Part shown: piece by piece, positions 37,330 through 46,564 of the stretch
How positions within the stretch are numbered: the stretch's first letter is position 1
Layout of the letters: each line of letters starts with the position of its first letter
Source of the DNA: Candidatus Eiseniibacteriota bacterium
Lineage (GTDB): Bacteria; Eisenbacteria; RBG-16-71-46; CAIMUX01; VGJL01
Length of the DNA stretch: 64,000 nucleotides
Assembly: GCA_041946735.1 (NCBI GenBank)
Contig: JBHGAY010000013.1
Coordinates: forward strand, 32,001 to 96,000
Reading direction: 5' to 3'
Position numbers and translations under genes: made by a program
Notes under the pieces: generated by a model
What the model saw: only the letters and a program-made list of their open reading frames with translations
Told to the model about the DNA's origin: nothing
The model's database searches: none

Positions 37330-38676
37330 TCATCGCCGTGAAATGTGCAGGATCGCGATCGCGACCGGGCGAGGACCGAGCGAGAGCGAGGCGGTCCGCT
37401 CGCCGCTCTCCCCGAAGACTCGCAGGCCCGAGAGTCCGACCGTCCAGAGCTTCCCCTGCTCGTCGTCCCAAGCGAGACCGAGCACCCCGTCGACCGCGAT
37501 CGAATCGATCACCGCGAGGCCGGCGTCGAGGTGGATCACCTGCGCGCGGCCCGGGTCGGCGACCCACGCGCCGTTCCCCCCGTCGCGGCAAATGTCAACC
37601 GCGTCGGCGAAGAGAGCCTCGCTCGTCGCCTTCGGCTCGCCGGACGGATCGTAACGATGCACCCTCCCCGTGCCTCTGTCGAGCAGAAGGACGTCGTCGG
37701 CGCCAGAGCGGGCGAGTGCGACGGGACGCGTGAATCCTTCGATCGTCTGTCTCTCCTGATCACGGTAGACGTTCGCCTGCCCTTCGGAGTTCACCGCCCA
37801 CAGCCGCTCGTCGAATTGCGCAGGCAAGGAGAGGAGATCCTCCACGTGCCCGGCGGTGGAGTCGGCCCAGAGCAGCTGTCCGCCGCCGGTGCGCCTCTCG
37901 AGCGTCGCGGACGGATAGAGCGCGACCCAGCAGCCGCCCCCAACCGGCGGCACGGCGACAGCGCGCGCCCCGAGCGCCTCGAACTCCCGCAGGAGTTCGC
38001 CGTCCCACGAGTGCTCTCGCACCGCTCCGAGCAGGTAGTCGGCCGACCAGACGCTCGACGAGGCGGAGTCGGCGACCGCATCGAGGACCCAGCTACCTCC
38101 CAGGCGCTGCTGCACGACATCCCGTCCATCGGGCGAGATGCGGACGAGGCCGCCGCCGTCGGCGTCGGCGACCCACGCGACGGTGGTGCCCGGAGTGGCG
38201 AGGTCCCATTCCGTCTCCTGGCTTGTGCCGCTGTCGAGCTGCAGCCGCAGGCGGTAGGCATACTCCGTCCCGTTTTGAACGGACGGATCGACCAACGATC
38301 CCGACACGGGGTCGAGCCCCGAGGGAACGAGGCTCGTCACCGCTCCGCCCGGATCCCGTCGCAGGATCTCGACGGTCCGGATCCCCTCGAGGTCGCCGAT
38401 GTTCCAGCGCAGCTCGACCTCGCGATCGCCGGCGATCGCGTGCAGCAGCGCCGGCTGGCCCTGAGTGTCGGGATTGTCCGGATCGAACGGATTGCTGTGA
38501 TCCCGTTCGGAGCAGCCGCCGCCCGCAAGCAAGAGCACGAGGAGCGGAAGCACGATCAGGAGCAGAAGCGGGAGCACGAGCGGGAGCGGGCCTCGCAGAC
38601 GGCAGGACGGCAGGGCGCGCGCGATTGCACCGCAGGCCGGGCGCCTCACGGTCCCCTCCGCGGCCAACCGGCTCAC
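37330..38676 (-). CDS. lipoprotein with FN3 domain and NHL-like beta-propeller
   Basis: Hydrophobic stretch then AGGGC-SERDHSNPFDP; FN3-like VELRW..NGTEYAY; repeated WVAD motifs; GTGA overlap. Confidence 0.68.
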   Translation of the reverse strand: MSRLAAEGTVRRPACGAIARALPSCRLRGPLPLVLPLLLLIVLPLLVLLLAGGGCSERDHSNPFDPDNPDTQGQPALLHAIAGDREVELRWNIGDLEGIRTVEILRRDPGGAVTSLVPSGLDPVSGSLVDPSVQNGTEYAYRLRLQLDSGTSQETEWDLATPGTTVAWVADADGGGLVRISPDGRDVVQQRLGGSWVLDAVADSASSSVWSADYLLGAVREHSWDGELLREFEALGARAVAVPPVGGGCWVALYPSATLERRTGGGQLLWADSTAGHVEDLLSLPAQFDERLWAVNSEGQANVYRDQERQTIEGFTRPVALARSGADDVLLLDRGTGRVHRYDPSGEPKATSEALFADAVDICRDGGNGAWVADPGRAQVIHLDAGLAVIDSIAVDGVLGLAWDDEQGKLWTVGLSGLRVFGESGERTASLSLGPRPVAIAILHISRR

Positions 38677-39476
38677 CGCCGCGCCTCCGGCTCGCCGACC
38701 GCGCGGCCGTTCCCCTCGGGAAGGATCCAGGCGAACACGGCGCTCGCGAGCGAGACCTCCGCGCCGATCCAGAGCCCGACCGCCCACCGGTCCCGGCGGC
38801 TCGCCTCGTCGTAGAGCTTCCCGATCCGCGCAGGATCGGTCGCCCGCTCGTAGCGCCGGTACGACTCGTCGGCGTCGTCCTTGACGATCGCGCCCGCGGC
38901 GGCGAGACCGACCGCGAGGCCGGGGAGCAGATAGCGTCCGACGCGCCGCCAGGCGGGAAGCTCGCGCCGCGCCCGCCCCGCGGAAACGAGCGACGCCCCT
39001 CGCCAGGTGAACGAACCGTTCGTCGCGAGGGAGTCGCGCGGGACGGCGACGACCCCTTCGGGAGTCAGGATCTGGAAGGAGCCGAAATCGCCGGGCGGGA
39101 CGCGGAGCGACAGCGGCGTCCGGCCGAGCGCCGCTCCGTCGCGCAGGACCCGCAGCCCGTACGGAACGCTGAGGATTCGTACCGGAACGCCGATCTCGAG
39201 ATCGAGCCGGACCGTCTCCCCCGCCACGATCTGAAGGAGGGTGTCGACGACCGGAGCCTGGAAGAGACGATCTTGGATCGGGACGAGGCGCACTTCCACC
39301 GGACCCGGAGGGAGCGAAGCTTCCAGCGGCGTCTTTCCCAGGTAGCGCTCACCCGCCCACGCGTCGATGCCGGACGGCCGCGTCGCGATCGCCACGGTCC
39401 CGGTCTGCGCAGCCGCGAGCGACGCCACGCAGGCGGCGAACGCGCACGCGAGGAGCGACGCGCGAAGGACGGCCAT
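38673..39476 (-). CDS. PEGA-domain protein with C-terminal membrane segments
   Basis: Two repeats, TRPSG..YLGKTPL and SVPYG..LGRTPL; signal peptide. Confidence 0.75.
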   Translation of the reverse strand: MAVLRASLLACAFAACVASLAAAQTGTVAIATRPSGIDAWAGERYLGKTPLEASLPPGPVEVRLVPIQDRLFQAPVVDTLLQIVAGETVRLDLEIGVPVRILSVPYGLRVLRDGAALGRTPLSLRVPPGDFGSFQILTPEGVVAVPRDSLATNGSFTWRGASLVSAGRARRELPAWRRVGRYLLPGLAVGLAAAGAIVKDDADESYRRYERATDPARIGKLYDEASRRDRWAVGLWIGAEVSLASAVFAWILPEGNGRAVGEPEARR

Positions 39477-39565
39477 CGCCACCGAGGCGCGCCGGCGCGC
39501 CCCCGCCCTGCGCCCGGCTTCATCACACGTCTGCCGCTCCCACCCGGCTCCCTCGCGCGGCCGCC

Positions 39566-40696
39566 TCATCCGCTCGGCTCCATCGTGTAGACGACGACCC
39601 TCCCCCTGTCGTCCACCACGGCGTAATAGCGACCCGCCTGGGCCGGCGGGAAGAGGAGCGCCGAGCGGAACTGGAGCGTCCAGACGAGCGATCCCCGATC
39701 GCGCGTCCAGGCGAGCAGCCGCCCGCTCACGGACGGAAACGTCCAGAGATCCTCCCATCCGACGAGCCCGGCGAAGGCCGTCTCCTTCGTCTCGAGTCCC
39801 CACAGCCGCTCCCACGTGCGCGCGTCGAGAATCTCGACCTCTCCCCCGGTCGCCACGAGCCCGAGCGTCCCGTCGAGGATGGCAGGCCCCCTCTCCTGCG
39901 GGCCGCGCGTCGCGCGCCGGCGCACCTCCCGCCCGTCGTCGAGCCGGTGCTCGACGATCCCGCCGGCATACAGAGCGCGGATCAAGGAGGAGTCCGCGGC
40001 GAGCGCCGGATCGCCGACCGAGAAGCCGTCGATCGGGAGCGACCAGACATCGTGCCCATCGGCCGGATCGAGACACCAGAGGGAATCGGTACGACCGAGC
40101 GCGATCGCGCCGCGCGAGCAGGCGACGCCGCCTGCGAGCTTCGCCTCGAGGTCGCGCTCCCATCGCTGCTCCCCGTCGCCCAGCCGGAACGCGACCGCCT
40201 GTCCGTCGGTCCCGAGCGACAGGACGGTGCTGTCGGCGCGCAGGAGCGCGACGGGCTGGGACGTGGTTCGCTTCGCCCAGCGCACCTTCCCCGTGTCCCG
40301 CTCGAGGGCAACGACTCCCGAGACGCGCGAGCTGACCGCGACCAGCAGCAGCGATCCGGCCGGCACCGGAGAGAGGACCGCCGGCGCGACGAGCGTCTTG
40401 CGCCAGTGACGATCACCGTCGTTCGCATCGAGCGAGTGGAGCTTCCGGTCGGTCCCGACCACCCAGAGCGTGTCGCCCGAGACCGAAAGGCCGACGGCCG
40501 GAGCGCGGACGACGCGTCGTTCCCAGAGGACGCGGGGGGTCTGCGCGCCGCAGGGCCGCGCGACGCCGAGCGCGAGCAGCGCGAGCCCCGCAACGCCCGC
40601 GGCAAGCGCAATCCGCGCGAGCGAAGCCGGCCCGAAGGGACCGCGCGTCACGCCGCGCGTCACGCCGCGCATCACGCCGCGCATCAGGCAGCGCAT
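39566..40696 (-). CDS. PQQ-like beta-propeller repeat protein (BamB-like)
   Basis: Repeated LDANDGDRHW / LERDTGKVRW / LDPADGHDVW motifs; signal peptide; TGATG overlap. Confidence 0.8.
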   Translation of the reverse strand: MRCLMRGVMRGVTRGVTRGPFGPASLARIALAAGVAGLALLALGVARPCGAQTPRVLWERRVVRAPAVGLSVSGDTLWVVGTDRKLHSLDANDGDRHWRKTLVAPAVLSPVPAGSLLLVAVSSRVSGVVALERDTGKVRWAKRTTSQPVALLRADSTVLSLGTDGQAVAFRLGDGEQRWERDLEAKLAGGVACSRGAIALGRTDSLWCLDPADGHDVWSLPIDGFSVGDPALAADSSLIRALYAGGIVEHRLDDGREVRRRATRGPQERGPAILDGTLGLVATGGEVEILDARTWERLWGLETKETAFAGLVGWEDLWTFPSVSGRLLAWTRDRGSLVWTLQFRSALLFPPAQAGRYYAVVDDRGRVVVYTMEPSG

Positions 40697-40698
40697 CA
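40641..40698. repeat. 12-bp tandem repeat x5 starting at the Omp85 stop / propeller start
   Basis: Minus strand tgatgcgctgcc tgatgcgcggcg tgatgcgcggcg tgacgcgcggcg tgacgcgcgg. Confidence 0.8.
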
Positions 40699-43554
40699 GT
40701 AGTTCCATCCGACGAAGAAGTCCCAATGATTGCGGTCCCCGAGCGTCTTGAAGTCGGTCCGCCGCGCGAGATCGAGCCGCAGGACGAGGATCCCTCCCAG
40801 CCCCATGCGCAGGCCGGCGCCGAAGCTGCCGAGCCAGGGCGGCGGCCATCCTTCGTTCCAGGCGGCACCGGCGTCGGCGAAGACGGCGCCCTGGATCATC
40901 GGGAACTCGAGCGCCCCGAGAGGGACCTGGAGCATCCAGCGTTGCACGAGAGGGAAGCGGATCTCTTGGTTCAGCAGGAGGCTCCGTTCGCCCTGCACCG
41001 CCCGCCGCGGATAGCCGCGGAGGTTGAGCGAGCCGCCGAGGAAGAAGGTGCGCGGGTTCGGGCCGCTGGAGAAGAGCCCTTGCAGGCGCACGGCGTAGGC
41101 GCTGTAGGTGCCGAGCCGCAGGTAGCGGCGGTAGTCGGCGAGGACGAGACCGCTCTCGGTCCTCCCGCGCTGGATGTCCATCGTGAGGCCGAGGGTGAAG
41201 TTCATCCGGTGCCCGTCGATCGGCCCGGTGGGCAGCCAGAGCGAGGTGTCGCGGATCCAGGCGGCGGAATGCTGCGCGACGAGCCCCTTGCGGCGGAAGC
41301 CGGTCGCCACGCGGTCGGTCTCCGCGTAGGCGAGACCGTTGATCAGCTCGAATCGCTGGAACTTCGACACGGGGTAGATGAGGATCGCCGACGCTCCCGC
41401 CCTCCGGTCGTGGTACGGGAAGCCGTTCTCGTCGAGATAGTCGCCGACGAAGTGAAACGCCGAGACGCCGTAGTTCAGGCGATGCGAGAGGTTCACGTAG
41501 CTCGCGCCGGCGGAGAAGTTCCGCAGGAAGTCCTCCGTCGAGAAGCTCGTGTTGCCGAGCTGGATGAAGAGCAGGTGGTTGCCCATCATGTCCGCCAGCA
41601 TCGCCTGGATCCCCTCGCCGCTCCGGAAGTTCGGATCGAGCGCGACGCCTCCCTGGGCGACCTCGAGCGAGAGCCGCGAGGTGTAGCGCGCCTTCCGGAC
41701 GGGGAAGTCGCCGACCGGGGATCGCCACTTCCAGGCCGGGTAGGCGCGCGGATCGAGCCCGGCGAGCATCGGCGGATTTTTCGGCGGGGCGTGAACGTCG
41801 GCCTTCCGCACGCGAAACTCTCCCCCCTGGTAGCAGGAGAAGAGCAGCGTCCGCCCGTCGGGCGCCATGCGCGGATCCATCAACGCTTCGAGTCCGCCGA
41901 GCACCTTCCCGCCGCGTCCCTCGAGGTCGGTGCGATAGATGCCGAAACGCCCGTCGCGATCCGAGGAGAAGTAGAGAATCGCGCCGTCGGGCGACCAGCT
42001 CGGGCTCACGTCGTTCCACAGGCCTCGCGTCAGATAGCGCACCTGCCGGTCGCCGGCGTCGATCCAGAAGAGATTGCGGTACTCCCCCTCTCCCGGGCCG
42101 CGATCCGAAGAGAAAACGATCACGTCGGAGTTCGGTCTCCAGGCGGGATCGGACTCCTCGTAGCGGTCATTCGTCAGGCGATCGAGCAGGCCGGAGTCGC
42201 GGTCGAAGAGGTAGAGGTCGGACTCCCCGGCTCGCGACAGACCGGCGAACGCGAAGCGCCGCCCGTCGCTCGCCCAGCTCGGGCTCCGGAGCCCCACGAG
42301 ATCGTCGAAGCGGTAGTTCTCCGTCACCCGCCCCTCGCGCAGCGAGTAGACGTAGATCACGTCCTCGCCGGCCCGCTGCGAGACGAACAGCAGCTCCCCC
42401 TTCGCGTTGATGTCCATCCTCGCGCGGAAGGGATGGAGCGACTCGAACTGCGCGCCGCGCTCCCCGCTCACGACGGTGCGCAGGTTCTTCTCCGCCCCCT
42501 CGATCGAGGCCGCGTAGATGTCGGTGTAGCCGCTGCGCGGCGAGAGAAAGAGGAAGGTGTTCTCCCAACCTTTCAGGCTATCCGGCACCGGCACGGGATC
42601 GAGATCGACCGGTCCCCGCGTGATCGCCTGCGTATCGAAAGTGATCGGCTCCGCCTCGAGGACGTCCGGGTAGTAGAGCTTGCGCATCGCGTAGCGCCAG
42701 CGGTCCGACAGCTCCCTCACGCTCGCGCCCAGCGCGAGCGTGAGCGCGTCGTCGAACGTCGCGACGTTCCCGGCCGCCTCGTACACTTCGCGGATCTTGT
42801 CGTCCCCGTAGGTCTTGCCGATCCAGTCCATCAGCGACTGGCCGAGCTTGTACAGCGTGAACGTCCCGTTGTAGCGCCACAGATCGCCGATGGAGGGGAG
42901 GCGGCCGGTGATCACCATGTCGCGCAGGATCATGTCCGCCTCGGTGTCGCGCGACTCCGAGAAGTGCACCGCAAGCCCCTCGACCCACCAGAGCGGGAAG
43001 CTCGGGATCGAGCTTCGCGACCGGCGAGCGAAGAGCCTCTCCTCGAGCGAGAGCTGGAAGACGTGGACCAGCTCGTGATGGATCGTCGTCCGGAAGTCGT
43101 TCAGCGATCCGCCGAACGGGATCAGCACGCGCCCGCGCCCGAACTCGGTCAGCCCCGCCACGCCCTCGGGCAGCATGAAGGGGGTGATGTTCGTCTGCTC
43201 GAAATCCTGATGGCTGCTGTAGATGATCAGTGGGATCGGATGCGGAACCTCGTGGACGAACAGGCGCCGCAGCCGGTCGTACCCCTCCTCCGCCATCTCC
43301 AGCGCGATCCGCGCGAGATCCTCTTCCTCCAGATAGAAATAGAGCCGGAAGTGCTCGCTTTCCAGCACGTGCCAGTCGAAGTTCGTGTACTGGACCTTGT
43401 TTTTCCCGAAGGTGAGGAACTGCGCCGGCGCTTCGGCGGCCGTGCCGAGAAGCAGCAGGAGAAGGAGGAGCGCCCCGGCCGCGACAGCCGGCGCGAACCC
43501 GAACATCCGGCACCACCCGGAGAAGAAGCGGGGACGGTCCGAGCGTCGCTTCAC
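40696..43554 (-). CDS. Omp85-family outer-membrane protein with N-terminal HExxH metallopeptidase-like domain and PD40/TolB propeller
   Basis: FGKNKVQY, HHELVHVFQ..W.VEGLA, PSWASDG/PSWSPDG repeats, FFLGGSLNLRGY, GAGLR, terminal aromatic residues. Confidence 0.85.
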   Translation of the reverse strand: MKRRSDRPRFFSGWCRMFGFAPAVAAGALLLLLLLLGTAAEAPAQFLTFGKNKVQYTNFDWHVLESEHFRLYFYLEEEDLARIALEMAEEGYDRLRRLFVHEVPHPIPLIIYSSHQDFEQTNITPFMLPEGVAGLTEFGRGRVLIPFGGSLNDFRTTIHHELVHVFQLSLEERLFARRSRSSIPSFPLWWVEGLAVHFSESRDTEADMILRDMVITGRLPSIGDLWRYNGTFTLYKLGQSLMDWIGKTYGDDKIREVYEAAGNVATFDDALTLALGASVRELSDRWRYAMRKLYYPDVLEAEPITFDTQAITRGPVDLDPVPVPDSLKGWENTFLFLSPRSGYTDIYAASIEGAEKNLRTVVSGERGAQFESLHPFRARMDINAKGELLFVSQRAGEDVIYVYSLREGRVTENYRFDDLVGLRSPSWASDGRRFAFAGLSRAGESDLYLFDRDSGLLDRLTNDRYEESDPAWRPNSDVIVFSSDRGPGEGEYRNLFWIDAGDRQVRYLTRGLWNDVSPSWSPDGAILYFSSDRDGRFGIYRTDLEGRGGKVLGGLEALMDPRMAPDGRTLLFSCYQGGEFRVRKADVHAPPKNPPMLAGLDPRAYPAWKWRSPVGDFPVRKARYTSRLSLEVAQGGVALDPNFRSGEGIQAMLADMMGNHLLFIQLGNTSFSTEDFLRNFSAGASYVNLSHRLNYGVSAFHFVGDYLDENGFPYHDRRAGASAILIYPVSKFQRFELINGLAYAETDRVATGFRRKGLVAQHSAAWIRDTSLWLPTGPIDGHRMNFTLGLTMDIQRGRTESGLVLADYRRYLRLGTYSAYAVRLQGLFSSGPNPRTFFLGGSLNLRGYPRRAVQGERSLLLNQEIRFPLVQRWMLQVPLGALEFPMIQGAVFADAGAAWNEGWPPPWLGSFGAGLRMGLGGILVLRLDLARRTDFKTLGDRNHWDFFVGWNY

Positions 43555-43633
43555 GACGCCATTCTAGGAGAGCCGCACGGCCAGGAGAAGGGACCCCCGC
43601 TCCCGGGCGTTCGCCGGACGGGCGACGGGAGGA

Positions 43634-46153
43634 TCAGAACGTCACCCAGCCGTCGTCGTAGTCGTCCCGCTGCGACTGGAAGACCCGGATCTCCTGAGGG
43701 TCGAGCGGGCGCACCATCTGGGACGGATCGCTCACCCACGCCGGGATCAGGCTCTGCGATCCCTGGACGCGCATGAGCCCGAAGGCGCCCGGAAGCCTTC
43801 CCCTCAGGCGGATGCGAGGCTCCCCGTCGATCGGCACGGCGCGTCCGGAAGGCTCGATCCTCTCCGCGGCGATCCTCCTCGAGAAGATCGGGATCGGTCG
43901 AACCAGACGGGAATCGGCGAGCCGGGGTCGCGACGCGAGGGCGTCGAAGCGGTAGCTGGACAGCTCGTAGGCGTTCTCGAAGAAGGCGGGCATCCGGACG
44001 ATCCGCTGGGGATCCGGGTCCCCGCGTTCGGGCGCGCGCCGGTCCAGGAACAGATCGACCGAGCCGCCATCGGACGAAGCGAGGACGACCTCGAGCCGCA
44101 ACTTCGAGGAACCGAAGGCGAGCTTCGGATCGACCGGGATCCGGTACCACTGCCGGTAGACGTCCCAGCCCGCGTCCCGCATCCCGGCGTGGCGGCGGAC
44201 GAATCCTTCCAGATGCCGCCGCATCGAGCGGACGATCCGGTCGTAGCGGTGGTCGAGCGAATGGATCTGAGGATCGAGGAGGAACGCCTGCTCGCTCGAC
44301 TCGGGGCGCCCGCGGAATCGCTCGACCTCGGTCCCGTTGACGCGGAAGGAGAGATCGAACCGCCCGCGGGGGCTCGCGAGCAGATCGACGTCGAGCTGCG
44401 CCTGCTCGAACAGCTCGGGGGCGGCGGCGCCGGGAAGCTCGAGGGTCAGCGCCACGCCTTCCCCCGCGCGGTCCAGACGGACGATCCGCTCGTCGGGATC
44501 CGGATCGTTGGCGATCAGCGCGCTGGAGAACAGCGCGAGAGGCGCGAGAAAGACGGCCGCACGGATCCACGCCACCCGCGCCGAGCCCCCGCCGAAGAGC
44601 CGCGCGGCGAGCGGCGCCCACCCGGCCGCGGCGACCCAGGGAGCGAGCGCCGCGGGCCCGCTTCCCTTCAGCGAGAGCAACAGAAGACCGGCGATGCTCC
44701 CCGCGATCGCTGCGCCTGCCGGAACCAGCCACGGCCGAAACGAGGCGAGAAGCGCCCTCCCCCGCTCGGCCGCCCGTCCGCTCGACGCCTTGCCGATCGC
44801 GCCCCGCGCGCCGCGCACCATCGCAATCATCCCCGCCGACCCGTAGAGCATCGCGAACGGGATCGCGGGGACGTCGTAGCGCGAGACGAGATGGGTTGAG
44901 GCGTGCAGCAGCGTCAGGTAGACCGGGAACGCGAGCGGGAGCCAGCGCTTTCGAGGGCCGCCCACGCAGCAAAGAGCGATGCCGAGCAGCGCGGCGACCG
45001 CCAGCGCCGGCTGCACCCGCGCCGGCGGCGGCAGCGAGAGCGGCCCGGCCGAGACGTAGGTCTTCACGGCCGGGAAGATCCAGAAGATCGACGCCTTCGA
45101 CAGCACGAGCGCGGCCATCCCGCCTGGGTAGTTCTCCAGCGTCTGGAAGAAGGCCGCTCGGTAGAGGGCCGCGTTGCGCTGTCCCTCGGGCACCCCTTCG
45201 ATCTTCTCCAAAGCGGCGATGACCTCCGGGGTGTAGGCGTCGCCCGCTCCGACCGTCTCCCATCCTCGATCGGGGACGTAGTTGCCTCGGTAGATCCACA
45301 TCCAGTCGTCGCCCGTCTTCGCCAGCGGGTTCGCCGAGAGACCGAAGCCCCAGAGGAAGGAGAGCCAGAGCAGCTGCACCGCCATGTAGCCGGCGAAGCG
45401 GTACCCGGCGCGGAGGAGCGCCTCGCGCCCGCCACTCGGCCGGTCGAGCAGCGCTTCGAGCAGGATCCAGGGGATCGCGAGGTAGCGCAGCGTCGTCTTC
45501 GTCAGGACGAGCAGGGCCAGGACGGCGCCGCCCGCGATCCAGCCGCGCCGCGACCGGCGCTCCCCCGTCTTGAGGAGGGCGTAGCTCGTCGCGAGCGCGG
45601 CGAACGCGACCGGCAGCTCCGTCAGGATCGCGGGAGCGTAGAACCAGTGCGCCGGCCAGAAGAGATAGAGCAGCGCGGCCGCCAGACCGACGCCGGGAGA
45701 GAAGAGGGCGCGCCCGAGCAGGAAGAGCAGCGGGGCGCCAAGCACGAAGAGGAGCGTCGTCACCGCCCGTCCCGCCGCGACGTCGTCTCCAGGAAGCAGG
45801 TGGACGAGCCCGAGCAACGCCGTGTACGCCGGAGCGTGCGCGAGAACCCAGGAGTCGAACCCGTAGCGCCGGAGTTCCTCGGCCGTCGCCGCGTGCCCGA
45901 TCCAGAGGCGGAACCCCTCGGCCGGATGCGAGAACAGCCGGGCGAAACCGTTCGCGATCGTCTCGTACTTCTCGCTGTCCCCTTCGACGGGATAGAGGGG
46001 CTCGCCGGGCGCCGCCAGGCGAAGCACGCCGATCAGCAGGCCGAGCAGGAGCAGGAGGGCCGGAAGCAGGGGCCCCCGGCCGAAACGCTCGGGGGAAGGA
46101 TGGGGAGCCGGCTGTAAGCCGAGTTCTGTTGCGGGCGTTCCCGCTGCGGTCAT
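43634..46153 (-). CDS. GT-C (ArnT/PMT-2-like, family 39) glycosyltransferase, multi-pass membrane protein
   Basis: GDSEKY, HAPAYTALLG, ILTEL, SRYDVP motifs and many TM segments; start uncertain because the ATG lies within rnpB. Confidence 0.72.
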   Translation of the reverse strand: MTAAGTPATELGLQPAPHPSPERFGRGPLLPALLLLLGLLIGVLRLAAPGEPLYPVEGDSEKYETIANGFARLFSHPAEGFRLWIGHAATAEELRRYGFDSWVLAHAPAYTALLGLVHLLPGDDVAAGRAVTTLLFVLGAPLLFLLGRALFSPGVGLAAALLYLFWPAHWFYAPAILTELPVAFAALATSYALLKTGERRSRRGWIAGGAVLALLVLTKTTLRYLAIPWILLEALLDRPSGGREALLRAGYRFAGYMAVQLLWLSFLWGFGLSANPLAKTGDDWMWIYRGNYVPDRGWETVGAGDAYTPEVIAALEKIEGVPEGQRNAALYRAAFFQTLENYPGGMAALVLSKASIFWIFPAVKTYVSAGPLSLPPPARVQPALAVAALLGIALCCVGGPRKRWLPLAFPVYLTLLHASTHLVSRYDVPAIPFAMLYGSAGMIAMVRGARGAIGKASSGRAAERGRALLASFRPWLVPAGAAIAGSIAGLLLLSLKGSGPAALAPWVAAAGWAPLAARLFGGGSARVAWIRAAVFLAPLALFSSALIANDPDPDERIVRLDRAGEGVALTLELPGAAAPELFEQAQLDVDLLASPRGRFDLSFRVNGTEVERFRGRPESSEQAFLLDPQIHSLDHRYDRIVRSMRRHLEGFVRRHAGMRDAGWDVYRQWYRIPVDPKLAFGSSKLRLEVVLASSDGGSVDLFLDRRAPERGDPDPQRIVRMPAFFENAYELSSYRFDALASRPRLADSRLVRPIPIFSRRIAAERIEPSGRAVPIDGEPRIRLRGRLPGAFGLMRVQGSQSLIPAWVSDPSQMVRPLDPQEIRVFQSQRDDYDDGWVTF

Positions 46154-46513
46154 TTGTCTGGGACGGCCGTCACCGGCCGCCTCGAGCGACCGAACCCGGG
46201 AGTGATGACGAGACGGGCCACCTCTCCTCCTCTATTTGGTCTTGCTCCGGGTGGGGTTTGCCGAGCTGCCCGCGTCGCCGCAGGCACTGGTGAGCTCTTA
46301 CCTCACCGTTTCACCCTTACCGCATCCCCTCGCCGCTCGGATCGAACACCATTCCGGGCCGTCCGGGCGACGAGATGTGGAACGCGGCGGTCTATTCTCT
46401 GTGGCACTTTCCTTGGGATCGCTCCCACTGGGGGTTACCCAGCACCCTGCCCTGTGGAGCTCGGACTTTCCTCGAGATCCTTGCGGATCCCGCGACCGCC
46501 ACACCGGCTCCCC
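46102..46513 (-). ncRNA. rnpB: RNase P RNA (bacterial type A)
   Basis: Minus strand GAGGAAAGTCCGAGCTC, GGAAAGTGCCACAGA, GGTGAAACGG, GGCAAACCCCAC, ACAGAACTCGGCTTAC; P1 ends GGGGAGCCGG / CCGGCTCCCC. Confidence 0.96.
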
Positions 46514-46564
46514 GATCAACGATCCTAGCGAACTTACTCTCCGCCGGTCGACTTCCCGACGGAT

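Noticed and set aside
39566..43554. Calling the pair canonical bamA-bamB
   Set aside because: No POTRA domains in the Omp85 protein, and the propeller lacks a clear lipobox. Gene symbols withheld.
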